Position numbers and translations under genes: made by a program. Positions 50,297 to 61,400 of a stretch of DNA of 64,000 nucleotides are shown piece by piece (position 1 is the stretch's first letter; each line of letters starts with the position of its first letter). Source of the stretch: Antedon mediterranea (taxonomy: Eukaryota > Animalia > Echinodermata); NCBI RefSeq assembly GCF_964355755.1, contig NC_092672.1, forward strand, positions 7,998,001 to 8,062,000. Direction: 5' to 3'. The notes under the pieces were generated by a model. The model saw only the letters and a program-made list of their open reading frames with translations. It did no database searches and was not told where the DNA came from.

Positions 50297-53200
50297 TCTT
50301 ATTAAATTTATAGAAAAACACAGGTAATTTGAATAATTTAAATGGAAAGATAACAAATTGAAATTCTTCTATAACCATGTTTCAATCATTATTTCCAACC
50401 AGTTTAATTTATTTTAGATGTCATTGTCATTTTTAAACGTCCTTGTCATTTTTAATGTCATTGTCATTTTTATCATTCTGTCACGGTATTGCTTGAATGC
50501 AAATATGAAACAGATCAGTAAAAGACATGCCCATTGGCAAAGTTCCCAGGAGGCTCGGCTAAACATTGGCGTCAAGAAAAGACAACGATTTAGCATCACC
50601 GCAACAGGGTGCCAACCCTCAAAATGCTTATACAAGTATAACAATTAACGAAGATTTCTCCTAAAAAATCCCAAATTCTGTGATGGAAAAAAGTGTTCTC
50701 TTCCATCTTTCTATTATGAAGTATGTAATTATTGAAATCAATGTTAGTGACAAATTGATAATAGTAACATCTAAAATTCTTTTAAAATATTTTGACATTT
50801 TTAATCAACAAATCAACCTAAATGCGATATTAAAAAAAAACTGTTTTAGACCAGTCCCTTTAAGACCTTCCTAATTCCAAGGAAGTTTAAACTAATAATG
50901 TATGATATCTATTTCAAAATTGAAGATAAAATTGACCAAAACAATCTGATAACCAGATCAGTTTCATCATTTCATCATCCACTTTATTATACTTAGTAGA
51001 CAAAAGTTACAATATAAAAATCAAACCATAATATAATCATAATTTTATCACCAAGCATTGTTTTTTATTTTAAATAAAAAATAGTAAAAAGGAATGACAC
51101 GTTTTTGTTATTATCAAGTTCTTTTTTTCCTTTAAATATATCTCTTTGTAAAGTTTTAGTGCCATTTATCTAAATGTCTTGGTCTTTATTTTGCTGTGAA
51201 TTAAACATATATTTTGTAATAAAATACCAAGGCAGCGAAGTGGCAACACCTACAGGCAGTACAATGTAATACGTCCCACCAACATAGGCTCAGATGATAA
51301 ACAAATAACGCCCTTGTCGCAACCCACTACTCTTAATTAATTTATTCTACGATGACCTGAAGTGAACCTTAGTGGTAGCCGAAGAAGTCGCATCACGGGT
51401 GAGCCTGATTAACGCCCTGGGGCTATGACACCTCCTGCTCTTCCTGCCTGTGCAAATAGTCTCCTTATCTCGCAATTGCTCACAAAAACTGTGCTTTCTC
51501 TACAGTTACAATTAACCCCATTTACCTACTGCGGGACTCCAATTTGTCCAAAGAAAAACGACCGCTCCGCACGTCTATTCTCGGTGTGCTTGTCAAAACC
51601 GTAAGCTATGTGTTAAGTTACAGTTTCTTAAACTACTTGTGAAAACATGCAATTGCCAACAGCGTTTACATGAAATTTGTTTCCTTTCCACTGCTCATCT
51701 TCTCGTGTCCGAGGCAAATTTTCGCAAATACTCGATACGCCTTAAATTTAAACAATTTTTTCTCGCTGTAGGTGAAAATTATTAGATTGTCACGGAGGAA
51801 ACGCAAGAGACAAAAACTGATATATGAGTTTGTGAAATATTTTTATCAAATTATTGCACCTGACATAACAGTGTTTGTAAAATAGCGGAAGACGTCCAAC
51901 TATTGAACGAAAATTGACAGAAACTTGGAAATGATTGTAATGAAGCCAATTAAATTAAAAGGGCAAACATGAAGCAAAATAGAAAGAAAAAATATTAAAA
52001 ACATTAATATTTGCAAGGTTAAAATAGAAAACTGAAATTAATAGCTAATTGACGATTAATTAAAATATATCTATTAAAATTAACTTTTAAGAAAAGCTGT
52101 GATTAACTGATCTAATTAAATTAATAGTATCTTACACATAATTTAGTAACATGAGTATGAATTACTCTTTTTGAATTGTATCTCTCACATCAGAGAGGAC
52201 AATTATTGGCTAGACATGATATATAACATTAAAATTACAAATATATTAAAATAAATTGCTAAAACCATAGAATATAAATATTAATGTTTACAATTGGATG
52301 TTTTTTATTTTAAAATGCATCATTAATTAGAAAATAAATAATTGCATCTTTGAAAAGATATTTTATTAATTGTTCAATACCATTTAAAAAATGTTTTTTA
52401 ATCAGATGTATTATTGTCTGACTAAAAAGTATATATAATATACAATAATAATAATATAATATATATTAATATGTTGAATAGGCCATTCTAATTTCACATA
52501 ATTATTATTCACTGTGACCAAAAAATTGGATTAAACAAAAAATCATTTGTCCAATAAATCATAATTGGTTAAACCGTTTTTGGTAGGAATTTTTTCAGCA
52601 AAATTGAATATTTATTAATTGACATTATTATTTGTATGTTTTCGGGAAAACACATATTCATTCAATATTTTGTGAATAGACCTTTAATACTAGAATAGAC
52701 TTTTTAATAGTCATTATTTTAGTTTAATAAGCTGATAAACTTTTAGAAATAAAGCAATCCACCTGGGAAATATCACCTGTTGTTTTTAAAATGAGACGGA
52801 GTAGACAGGAAGATAATGTGTGACAATTAATTAAGAGATAATTAACGATTATTAAGAGCTGGAAACTTAACAAGGGCCATGATAGGCAGATGAATACATG
52901 TTTCAGATTAAATAGAGCTGCATGGCGCAAAGGTAAGAAACCAGGCATTTGTATGAGATGGCACAAGTTCGAAGCCTGTTTGTGCATGATAAGCAGATGA
53001 AGACATGTTTTGGATTAACCTCAGAGAGATAGCATAGGACATTTTATTGTTTTAAATTGTTTCATTATAATACTTTTTTTTATAACCTGTTTTTTTATGA
53101 ACTTGTTTTTATTGCATATACCTTTTTGAGTAATTTTAAACATGAAATATTTCTTACAAAAAACACCACTCCTCTGATGATAACTACCGTCTATATGCAT

Positions 53201-54803
53201 TTCAATATTTATCATCAGCAAATGATTTCATAAACTCTCTTTTCCCAGACGTGCTTTGGGGTGTGTACATGCCCAGTGCAAGTTTCCAAATACCCATTTT
53301 TTCAGTCATAGTAAACTATAAGCTACCCCATGGTTTTCTAATGCTCTCGTTTTCTTGAATACAACTGCCTAACGGAGCGGTGCGAAAACTTGAACTGAAA
53401 TAAATTTGACTAACATAAGCTTGGAATTTTGTTTAATAATTAGCATTAATTGTACAGTCATGTATACTTACTGTATTGAATGTAAATGAAACATTCTGAA
53501 AACTTGAAAAATGAATGTAATTAATTTCAAATGTTAATAAATTGTTGATTAACTTTATCGTTTGTCATCATTTGAATGGAAAACAATTGTGAAAACAAAT
53601 AACAGGCCATCATAACTGATATTGTAATATCTAATTAGATCTATTCAAAGAAAATCTTGGCTGAAAATACTCGATGATAGCAATGTATGCACCTGGGACA
53701 AATCTATTGATTGATCATATCCTACGATTAAAAGGAATGACCTAAAACAGCCTGAGAATCCAACCCAGATTTCGCAAAAAGCACATCATCAGTCGTTGAT
53801 ACAAGAATGGCCGTGACTTATGATTGATAGACAGGAAGAGGGGTGTGGCCTGAGAACATTTCCCCTCCCAAATGTTAACCAGACTTTAACAACCAGATAG
53901 ATTTCCTAACTTCCAAGTCACATTCAACACATCCTAAATGGTTTATTTACATTCAATTTGCTTATCAAAAATCAACTTCGTGAACAAAAATTGAATTTAT
54001 AATACTATGCCTTATTATTAAATGAATGACATTGTCGTCAAGTAAAGTACCCTGGCGCCAATGTGCTTTTAAGTTAAATTTAAAATCATATCATTATTAA
54101 AGTTTGCTGTCCTGATAGCAAGACATAATAGTCATATGGGAATCACAGATTAAGTGTTAATAATTATGATAATTTCACAATTTAGACACAAATATTCAAC
54201 AATAAGAATATAATTGAATATATCAATTTAAATTTTGATGTTACATTTAGTGTTTGTAATGAAAAAAGTAGAGAATGGTGTGGAATTATTAAGAATATCT
54301 ATAATTTTATCCTTATACATTAAAGAACAAAACAATAAACAACAAAAAATTACAGTTTATTTCAAGTAAAAAATATTGAGAATACACAAGAATAAGTACA
54401 GTCACAAACAATCAATCAAAATCAATCTATTTTTTGGGAACTTAATGAGTTTATTATCTTTCTAAACTCTAAACTTAAAACCAATTTATTGTCTTTTTTA
54501 TTCTATCAATTTATCAATCAATAAATTATATTATTTAATGGGACAACAGAGTTTTCATTAATTTATATCGCAGAAAATATCAATTCTAAATTAAAACAAA
54601 CTGTTAGATATGAACGTTTGTTGAGACGAATAAAATGATATCTACAAGCTATATAGTTTTGTATCAACTTAAGTATAATGTAGGTCTCTATTTTAAAACT
54701 TATCTAAAGCCAGATAGTAAAGCCACCCCAGTTAAAAAGCAATCAATGAAAACCCCTTACTCTACTCATAATATATAAAAAAAGCAACAGGTCTTCATAA
54801 AAC

Positions 54804-55263
54804 TGTAATAAATTACCATTCCCTAACATATAGAGTAACATAGTATTTACATGAACATTCTAGAATAAGATGTTTTGATTTAATAAACCATGTATAATTA
54901 ATAAGAACAATCAAGAACATTCCAGAAGTGCTATTAATAGAAACTGTAATCATGTAATAATGAGAAGTATAAAGAATGATCTAGAAGGATAGGAGCATCT
55001 TGTATATAAAGGGTTGTAAACTATTGTAAGGTTGTTGGATTAGAGGTTGGATTAGAGGTTGGATATTATATTGTAAAGTTATTGTGAAACTGTTGTTTAA
55101 AGTGCTTACTGGATTGTTGAAAGTTGAAGTTGATTGAAATTAAAGCTTTGTTTTTGAGTTATTTTACAACTTTGTGGATTTTGTGTGTATACTTTTATGT
55201 CACAAGGGAGTTCCTAAAGTATTTTCAACCGCTCGGAAACATACGTGAGAGGAGTTCGTGACA
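54804..55263 (+). repeat. 5' LTR (460 bp)
   Basis: TGTAATAAAT...TTCGTGACA, no difference seen versus 57999-58458. TATA-like TATATAAA 55003-55010 and ATTAAA 55139-55144. Confidence 0.98.
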
Positions 55264-55268
55264 TAATT

Positions 55269-55281
55269 TGGTGGCAGCGGT
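55269..55281 (+). other. Primer binding site complementary to tRNA-Leu 3' end
   Basis: TGGTGGCAGCGGT begins after a 5-nt spacer following the LTR and is complementary to ...ACCGCUGCCA-CCA of animal tRNA-Leu(AAG/UAG). Confidence 0.85.
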
Positions 55282-55600
55282 TATTTCGATCTACTGTTCG
55301 ACTTAACTGTGTATTTATCTACAGTACTGTTGTGATATTTTGTGGTAGCAGTTTGATCTACTGTATTTTGCCATAGATTGGTGGCTGTTTAGGATCAACT
55401 GTACTTTTATTGATATTTTGAGGAAGTGGTACTTACGATACTGAGATATTTTACGGAAGCCGTGGTGCTACGTTTTGTTTAATCGTAAGTACACAAACAT
55501 TGTTTTAAGAACAGTACATTATTTATTTGGAACAGTAGACTTGTGAACGTCTCGGTAACTACGATTAACTAGTAACAAGACCCTCATCCAGATTTAAAAA

Positions 55601-57925
55601 ATGGCTGATAAACAATCAACAACAAGATCCGGTAGAGAATACAGCGGCGGCGATGAAACTGATTCGGATGTAGAATCAGTTCAATCAATTCAACCTGAAC
55701 AACAGGCAGAAGAGTCTGGACCAACCAGTGGACATAACCCTACAGGGGCTGACTCATTTTCAAAAGACTTTTTGTTGTTGATGCAGCAGCAAATGCAACA
55801 GCAGAATATTATGATGCAGCAGATGATGAAACAACAAGAACGTTCACGTCAAGAAGATAATGAAAGACGTCGGGAAGATATAGAGAAACAAGAACGTTTA
55901 CGCAAGGAAGATATAGAGAAACAAGAACGTTTACGCAAAGAAGATATGGAAAGACAAGAACGTTTACGTAGGGAAGATATGGAGAAACAGCAAGCATTAG
56001 TAATGGCGTTAATGGACAAGCAAAAGGACAGTGAGGAGAAACGATTAAAAGACATAATGAGATTGAAGGAAGTTCAGATTGCAAAGCTTTCTGATAGTGA
56101 TGATATTGAAAATTATCTCACTACGTTTGAACGTATTGCTAACACCTATGAGTGGCGAAAAGAACACTGGGTAGTAAAACTAATACCTCATTTGACAGGC
56201 AAAGCAAGAGCAGCCTATGCATCACTACCAGTGACAGAAAGTAACCAGTACGACATAGTGAAGAAAGCAATATTACAAAGGTATGACATAACTGAAGAGA
56301 CATATAGGCAAAGGTTTAGGTCAATTAAAAAGAAAAGTGAAGAAAGTTATAGAGAAATGTATGTTAGGTTAAAAAATTTATTTACTAAGTGGGCTAGGCC
56401 TGCTGATAAAAGCAAAGATGATTTAGCTGAAATTGTTATTTTAGAGCAATTAATAGATATTATGCCCACAGGGGTACAAATTTGGGTTAAAGAACATAAA
56501 CCAGATTCTGGATTAAATGCTGCAGAATTAGCAGATAATTATTTTCAAGCTAGAAAAGGTATCGATTTTGAGAAAAAGTTTCAAAATAGAAAACACGAAA
56601 ATAGAAACAACCAGGAGAAAACAGTGAAAGGCACTCCTGAAGTTGACAGTAAGGGTAATAATAATCCCCCTGATAACTTTCATAAATCACAATCTGACGC
56701 TAGACAACCTCTCGTTTGTAGACGGTGCAAAAAAGTAGGCCACATAGAACGATTTTGTCGAAGTAAGGATGGCTTTTTGTCGACAAAGACAGATACTGTT
56801 TCAAAACCATGTACACCTTACATTTGTAGAGGCCTAGTTGAAGGATGTGATTGTGAAATTTTGATAGACTCTGGATGTGATATGACACTTGTTCATTCTG
56901 ATTTAGTAGCGGCTAAGAAAATTAATCGCGCGGAGCAAGCTAAAATTACATGCAGGTGCGTCCATGACCATGTCCAAGCCTATCCTACTGCATTCGTCAA
57001 TATTAAGATTAATAACGAAGACCATAATTTGTTGGTTGGCGTTTGCAGCGATTTACCAAGAGATGTAATTCTTGGTAGGGACTTTCCTAAATTTGGAGAC
57101 TTATTAGGAAAGAGGGATAAGAATCATGATAGGCATAGTTTTGTTGCCACTAGAGATCATGCTAGAAAAGAAAAACTAAGAGAGGAAAACGAATTAAAGT
57201 CGGAAAAAGCTTCTGGGGTTATTTCACATCAGTTAGATGATGTGGTTAATTTTCAAGAAGAATTTGGACATTTAGATGGCCAACTACTCAGTAACAACCC
57301 TCCCAAGGAAAAAGTTCATAAAACCAGAAGTGAGAAACGAAAAGTTAGGAAAGAGTTTGCAAAAACAAAGGAAGCTCAATCTAGCCAAGATAGTGAATTA
57401 GACATTTTAGATATTGGCAGAGATAAAATTAAGGATTATCAGGTTAAGGATAGAACTTTAATTTCACTTCGAGAACAGATGTTAGTACAGAAGGATGATG
57501 ACACTATAAAGATAGTCTGTAAGGATGGAATTTTATTTAGGCAGGTTTTCACTAAACACCAGACAGAACCAATAGAGCAATTAGTAGTTCCATACCCTTG
57601 CCGTAATAGTGTATTGAAAGTCTCACATGATATTCCTTTGGCAGGTCATTTAGGTAGAAAAAAGACATTAGATAGGATAAAGCAAAGATTCTTTTGGCCT
57701 GGTATTAGAAAGGATGTGACTGAATATTGCAACACTTGTGAGATTTGTCAGAAAACTTCAAAGTATAAAACTAAATTGAAGGCCCAGATGATTCCTATGC
57801 CAATAATTAGTGAACCATTCCGACAAATTGACATGAATATTGTTGGTTCATTATTAGGTTTCATTAATAATTATGTTGTATGTTATTATGGCGTATTTAA
57901 GTTTTATAGAATAGGAGTGGGTTAA
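55601..57925 (+). CDS. Retrotransposon Gag-protease-truncated integrase polyprotein (774 aa)
   Basis: Coiled-coil N-terminus, capsid with SCAN-like domain (YRQRFR...LEQL...WVKEHKP...AAELADNY, about 56297-56554), CCHC knuckle CRRCKKVGHIERFC (56717-56758), aspartic protease LIDSGC (56867-56875), integrase HHCC finger HDIPLAGH...CEIC (57626-57748), then PFRQIDMNIVGSL and about 23 out-of-context residues. Confidence 0.95.
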   Translation: MADKQSTTRSGREYSGGDETDSDVESVQSIQPEQQAEESGPTSGHNPTGADSFSKDFLLLMQQQMQQQNIMMQQMMKQQERSRQEDNERRREDIEKQERLRKEDIEKQERLRKEDMERQERLRREDMEKQQALVMALMDKQKDSEEKRLKDIMRLKEVQIAKLSDSDDIENYLTTFERIANTYEWRKEHWVVKLIPHLTGKARAAYASLPVTESNQYDIVKKAILQRYDITEETYRQRFRSIKKKSEESYREMYVRLKNLFTKWARPADKSKDDLAEIVILEQLIDIMPTGVQIWVKEHKPDSGLNAAELADNYFQARKGIDFEKKFQNRKHENRNNQEKTVKGTPEVDSKGNNNPPDNFHKSQSDARQPLVCRRCKKVGHIERFCRSKDGFLSTKTDTVSKPCTPYICRGLVEGCDCEILIDSGCDMTLVHSDLVAAKKINRAEQAKITCRCVHDHVQAYPTAFVNIKINNEDHNLLVGVCSDLPRDVILGRDFPKFGDLLGKRDKNHDRHSFVATRDHARKEKLREENELKSEKASGVISHQLDDVVNFQEEFGHLDGQLLSNNPPKEKVHKTRSEKRKVRKEFAKTKEAQSSQDSELDILDIGRDKIKDYQVKDRTLISLREQMLVQKDDDTIKIVCKDGILFRQVFTKHQTEPIEQLVVPYPCRNSVLKVSHDIPLAGHLGRKKTLDRIKQRFFWPGIRKDVTEYCNTCEICQKTSKYKTKLKAQMIPMPIISEPFRQIDMNIVGSLLGFINNYVVCYYGVFKFYRIGVG
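55874..55990 (+). repeat. 33-bp coding repeat in gag (ED(I/M)E(K/R)QERLR(K/R), about 3.5 units)
   Basis: CAAGAACGTTTACG recurs at 55889, 55922 and 55955. Confidence 0.9.
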
Positions 57926-57983
57926 CTTTTGCCACTTTCGTGTATACTTGCCCTTCAAAACTCCAAGAAAGAGTTTTGAGCTC

Positions 57984-57998
57984 AGAAAGAGGGGGGAG
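57984..57998 (+). other. Polypurine tract
   Basis: AGAAAGAGGGGGGAG immediately before the 3' LTR. Confidence 0.93.
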
Positions 57999-58458
57999 TG
58001 TAATAAATTACCATTCCCTAACATATAGAGTAACATAGTATTTACATGAACATTCTAGAATAAGATGTTTTGATTTAATAAACCATGTATAATTAATAAG
58101 AACAATCAAGAACATTCCAGAAGTGCTATTAATAGAAACTGTAATCATGTAATAATGAGAAGTATAAAGAATGATCTAGAAGGATAGGAGCATCTTGTAT
58201 ATAAAGGGTTGTAAACTATTGTAAGGTTGTTGGATTAGAGGTTGGATTAGAGGTTGGATATTATATTGTAAAGTTATTGTGAAACTGTTGTTTAAAGTGC
58301 TTACTGGATTGTTGAAAGTTGAAGTTGATTGAAATTAAAGCTTTGTTTTTGAGTTATTTTACAACTTTGTGGATTTTGTGTGTATACTTTTATGTCACAA
58401 GGGAGTTCCTAAAGTATTTTCAACCGCTCGGAAACATACGTGAGAGGAGTTCGTGACA
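57999..58458 (+). repeat. 3' LTR (460 bp)
   Basis: Direct repeat of 54804-55263, followed by TSD AAAAC. Confidence 0.98.
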
Positions 58459-61400
58459 AAAACCTAAAGTATCTTTTCTCTGAAATAAACATTTGAGCCA
58501 ATATAATCCAAGCAAAATCCAACAATATGAACATAAGCTTTAACATTACTTTATATACATTTTAGAATAAGAAGCAATATAATGCTTAATATATGTAGCA
58601 AGGAAGAGAAGTATTAAGAGTGGGTGTCAAAAAGTTACCGTTAGGTGGGAAGAAGGGGGGGGGGGAGAGACAAACGGTGTGAGATGGCGAACAGTACTTG
58701 TATGTACCCAGAGGTGTCTTAGGTGAGTGCTGTAATATAGTCTTTGTGAACAACTTTTAAATAAAGATTTAGACTGGGTGAAGATTTTGAAGGTGGGTCA
58801 CCCAAATCACAATTACACATATGGCTGTGGGCTGTACTATTTATGGAGAGGGGTGTTTCAATTTTTTTAGTATATCTCGCTCTTTGAGGAGAATAGGGCA
58901 TTTTTCGGTTTATCCAGGTAAGCTAGGCATGAAATATGACATCTATGAATTTTGGAAATATATTAAAATAGCTATGAATAAACAAAATTATTATCATTAC
59001 GGTACGATAAATCATAATGATCATCATTGTCATTTTCTATATTCAAACTATCAATATCCTTTTTTCTTGTGAATTAAAATCCTTTTAGAACTTTAAAAAT
59101 ATTTAAATACTAAACAATTGAAATATTTAAAAAAAGCTAATTAAACTAATTATTAATGAATAAAACACAAAATGTTACAGCACAACATATTAATGAAATC
59201 ATGTTCGTAAAACAAAATCCGACTAATTATTGCTCCTTAAATCGTTGACTAGAAGCCAAAACCTAACGTGTTATTTTACGTGTCTATCCACGACTTTCGC
59301 ACTTCGTCATTATGTTTTGACAACATTTTTTACACCTATGAAACTTAGAGAACCTGCAAGTCATCTTGAAGAAAATGCTAGAGAATGATAAATAAAAATG
59401 GCTTACTCATAATCTCCTAGCGAAAAAATGTCAAATCATTAAAGAATAATTTCCAAGGATAAACATAAATTATAAAATGTTAACAAATATTCAAATGAAA
59501 TTCTTGATTTGGTCAGTTGTGTCTTATTTTAAATAATTTACGAATGAAAATTAATATATCACATAGATTGATGTTTAATTATAAATCATAAAAAGAACAA
59601 TATTTATACTGTCTCTACTGTATGCATCTAAGACATGGATATTCAATAGTTAAAATGTGAAGAGGGAAAGAGATATAGAGAATCAAAGAATTCAAAATTT
59701 AGATTTTTAACAGAATTTTGAAAAGGTAACAAATGAAAATAAAGAAAATATTAATTAATGGAAAAAAATATAGTAATATATTTGGGCATACAGTAAAGGA
59801 GCAAAAAACATTGAAAAAAAAAGATTATGTGAACAAAAGAAGATGAAAAAAACAAAAAAGAAAATATGGATAACAATAGTTAAGTTATAGAGTAGAATCA
59901 TGTCATGCAAAGTTTTAAAAAAATCAGTTTGTATCATGTCCTATATCTTTATGAAATATTCTACAAGTTTGTAACAATTTTTATTAACTTTCATTGCAAT
60001 CAAATTCTAAATAGTTTTAAAATAGACATACCTTCAAAAGAAGATTGTTTTCATACGAATACCAAAGAGTTTGTTTACAAATTCAGCCGCGCTTCATTTG
60101 ATCCGACAAGATACATTCCACTATCATCAAATCTGGATACCAATTTGAAAGATGATATAGAGATGATCATTTAATTGACAGGCGCCAAGAAAAGTGTCCG
60201 TTTTCACCTATTTCTCAACTTTTGCAATTATCTCGTTAGCTAAATGCCGTTATCTATCTGCCAGTTTTACATTTCAAGACATTCTTGTCAATTAATTGTA
60301 GAGGTGTACTTTGTCGAAAGCATACATTGCCCCAGACTTTAACATCGCGTCTGTCAACAAACTTTTTGCGAGTTAATTTTGACAATTTATCGCATAATCT
60401 AGAGATATTTTGCAACATTCGATGTTCTCCAAACATTTCAGCCTAATTTGAGGTGTCCCAGTGGATGCGAGGCTGTACTTTTGAGATAATTTTCTAGATA
60501 GAATTTTTGAATAACGCCTAATTCATACGGCTTACATTTCAAATTGTTATAACTAAAGAATATTTTGGCAAAAAAAGTTATTTAATTTGAAATCAACATA
60601 TACTGGAAAAGGGCACCACATAAAATCACACCAAAAAAATTAGTAGTCCATGTGACCCACAATCGTCTAATCAAATGACAGAAATTTATTTAGGAGTCAT
60701 ATAATACACTATATTTTTTTGTATACTTTAAACATTACCAACAAATGAAATATATTATAGTTAATGAAATTTGATTTCTAAAATTGCCAATACAGAAAAG
60801 CAAGAACAAATACATAAAAAATCGCATTACTTTTAACAAATAAAATTACATTAAATTTGTTTCATTAAACTTGTTTTGTTTAGAATGTCTAATAATGTGC
60901 ATTCAATTTTAAACATTAAGTTAAAGTTCAAGTTTTAATTAGAAAACCGGCATCGTGCGGTGAAGTATAATCGCCGAATGGAAAATGGACCAGACAATAA
61001 CTCGTAAAAATTATAACTCTTATAAATCATTAATCATTTTCTTCATTATCTAATTCAATTTCATAAAGGGGCAAGGTCAAATAAAATTTTAATCCACTTA
61101 ACACTTCGCTTTGGTCAATGTTCAGTTCGTATCAATTTCTTAGTTTTTTCCTGCCCTAATTAATAGTCATTAACACCTATTTGCTTATAACCTGAGGAAG
61201 GGACATCGGAGATGCGCTTGTTTCATTTCAAGAAAGTTTAAGTTGTCACTCTTAGGTATAATTGTCAGGGATAACAAGTTACCCAGATTTCAATAGCACT
61301 CACTGTAACGCAAATAAACTGAATGTGCTAAAAATAACTCAATATCACATGGTCAAACAAATCACATGGTATAATATCGATACACGTGTTGAATAATATT

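Larger units (their letters stand above)
54804..58458 (+). mobile_element. Gmr1-type Ty3/Gypsy LTR retrotransposon, internally deleted (non-autonomous), 3655 bp
   Basis: TG...CA LTRs of 460 bp, TSD AAAAC (54799-54803, 58459-58463), PBS, PPT, and a Gag-PR-IN(N-terminal) ORF with integrase directly after protease. Confidence 0.96.

Noticed and set aside
50034-50305. Two overlapping short ORFs
   Set aside because: Arise from the GC-rich palindromic MITE; no protein similarity.
55809-56084. Minus-strand repetitive ORFs
   Set aside because: Antisense shadows of the gag coding repeat.
59400-59440. Minus-strand GCT AGG AGA TTA before GTAAGC, considered as Prdm3/16 exon 1 (ARKL-like)
   Set aside because: In-frame TGA and no suitable in-frame ATG; 60254-60436 ORF also checked and does not fit.
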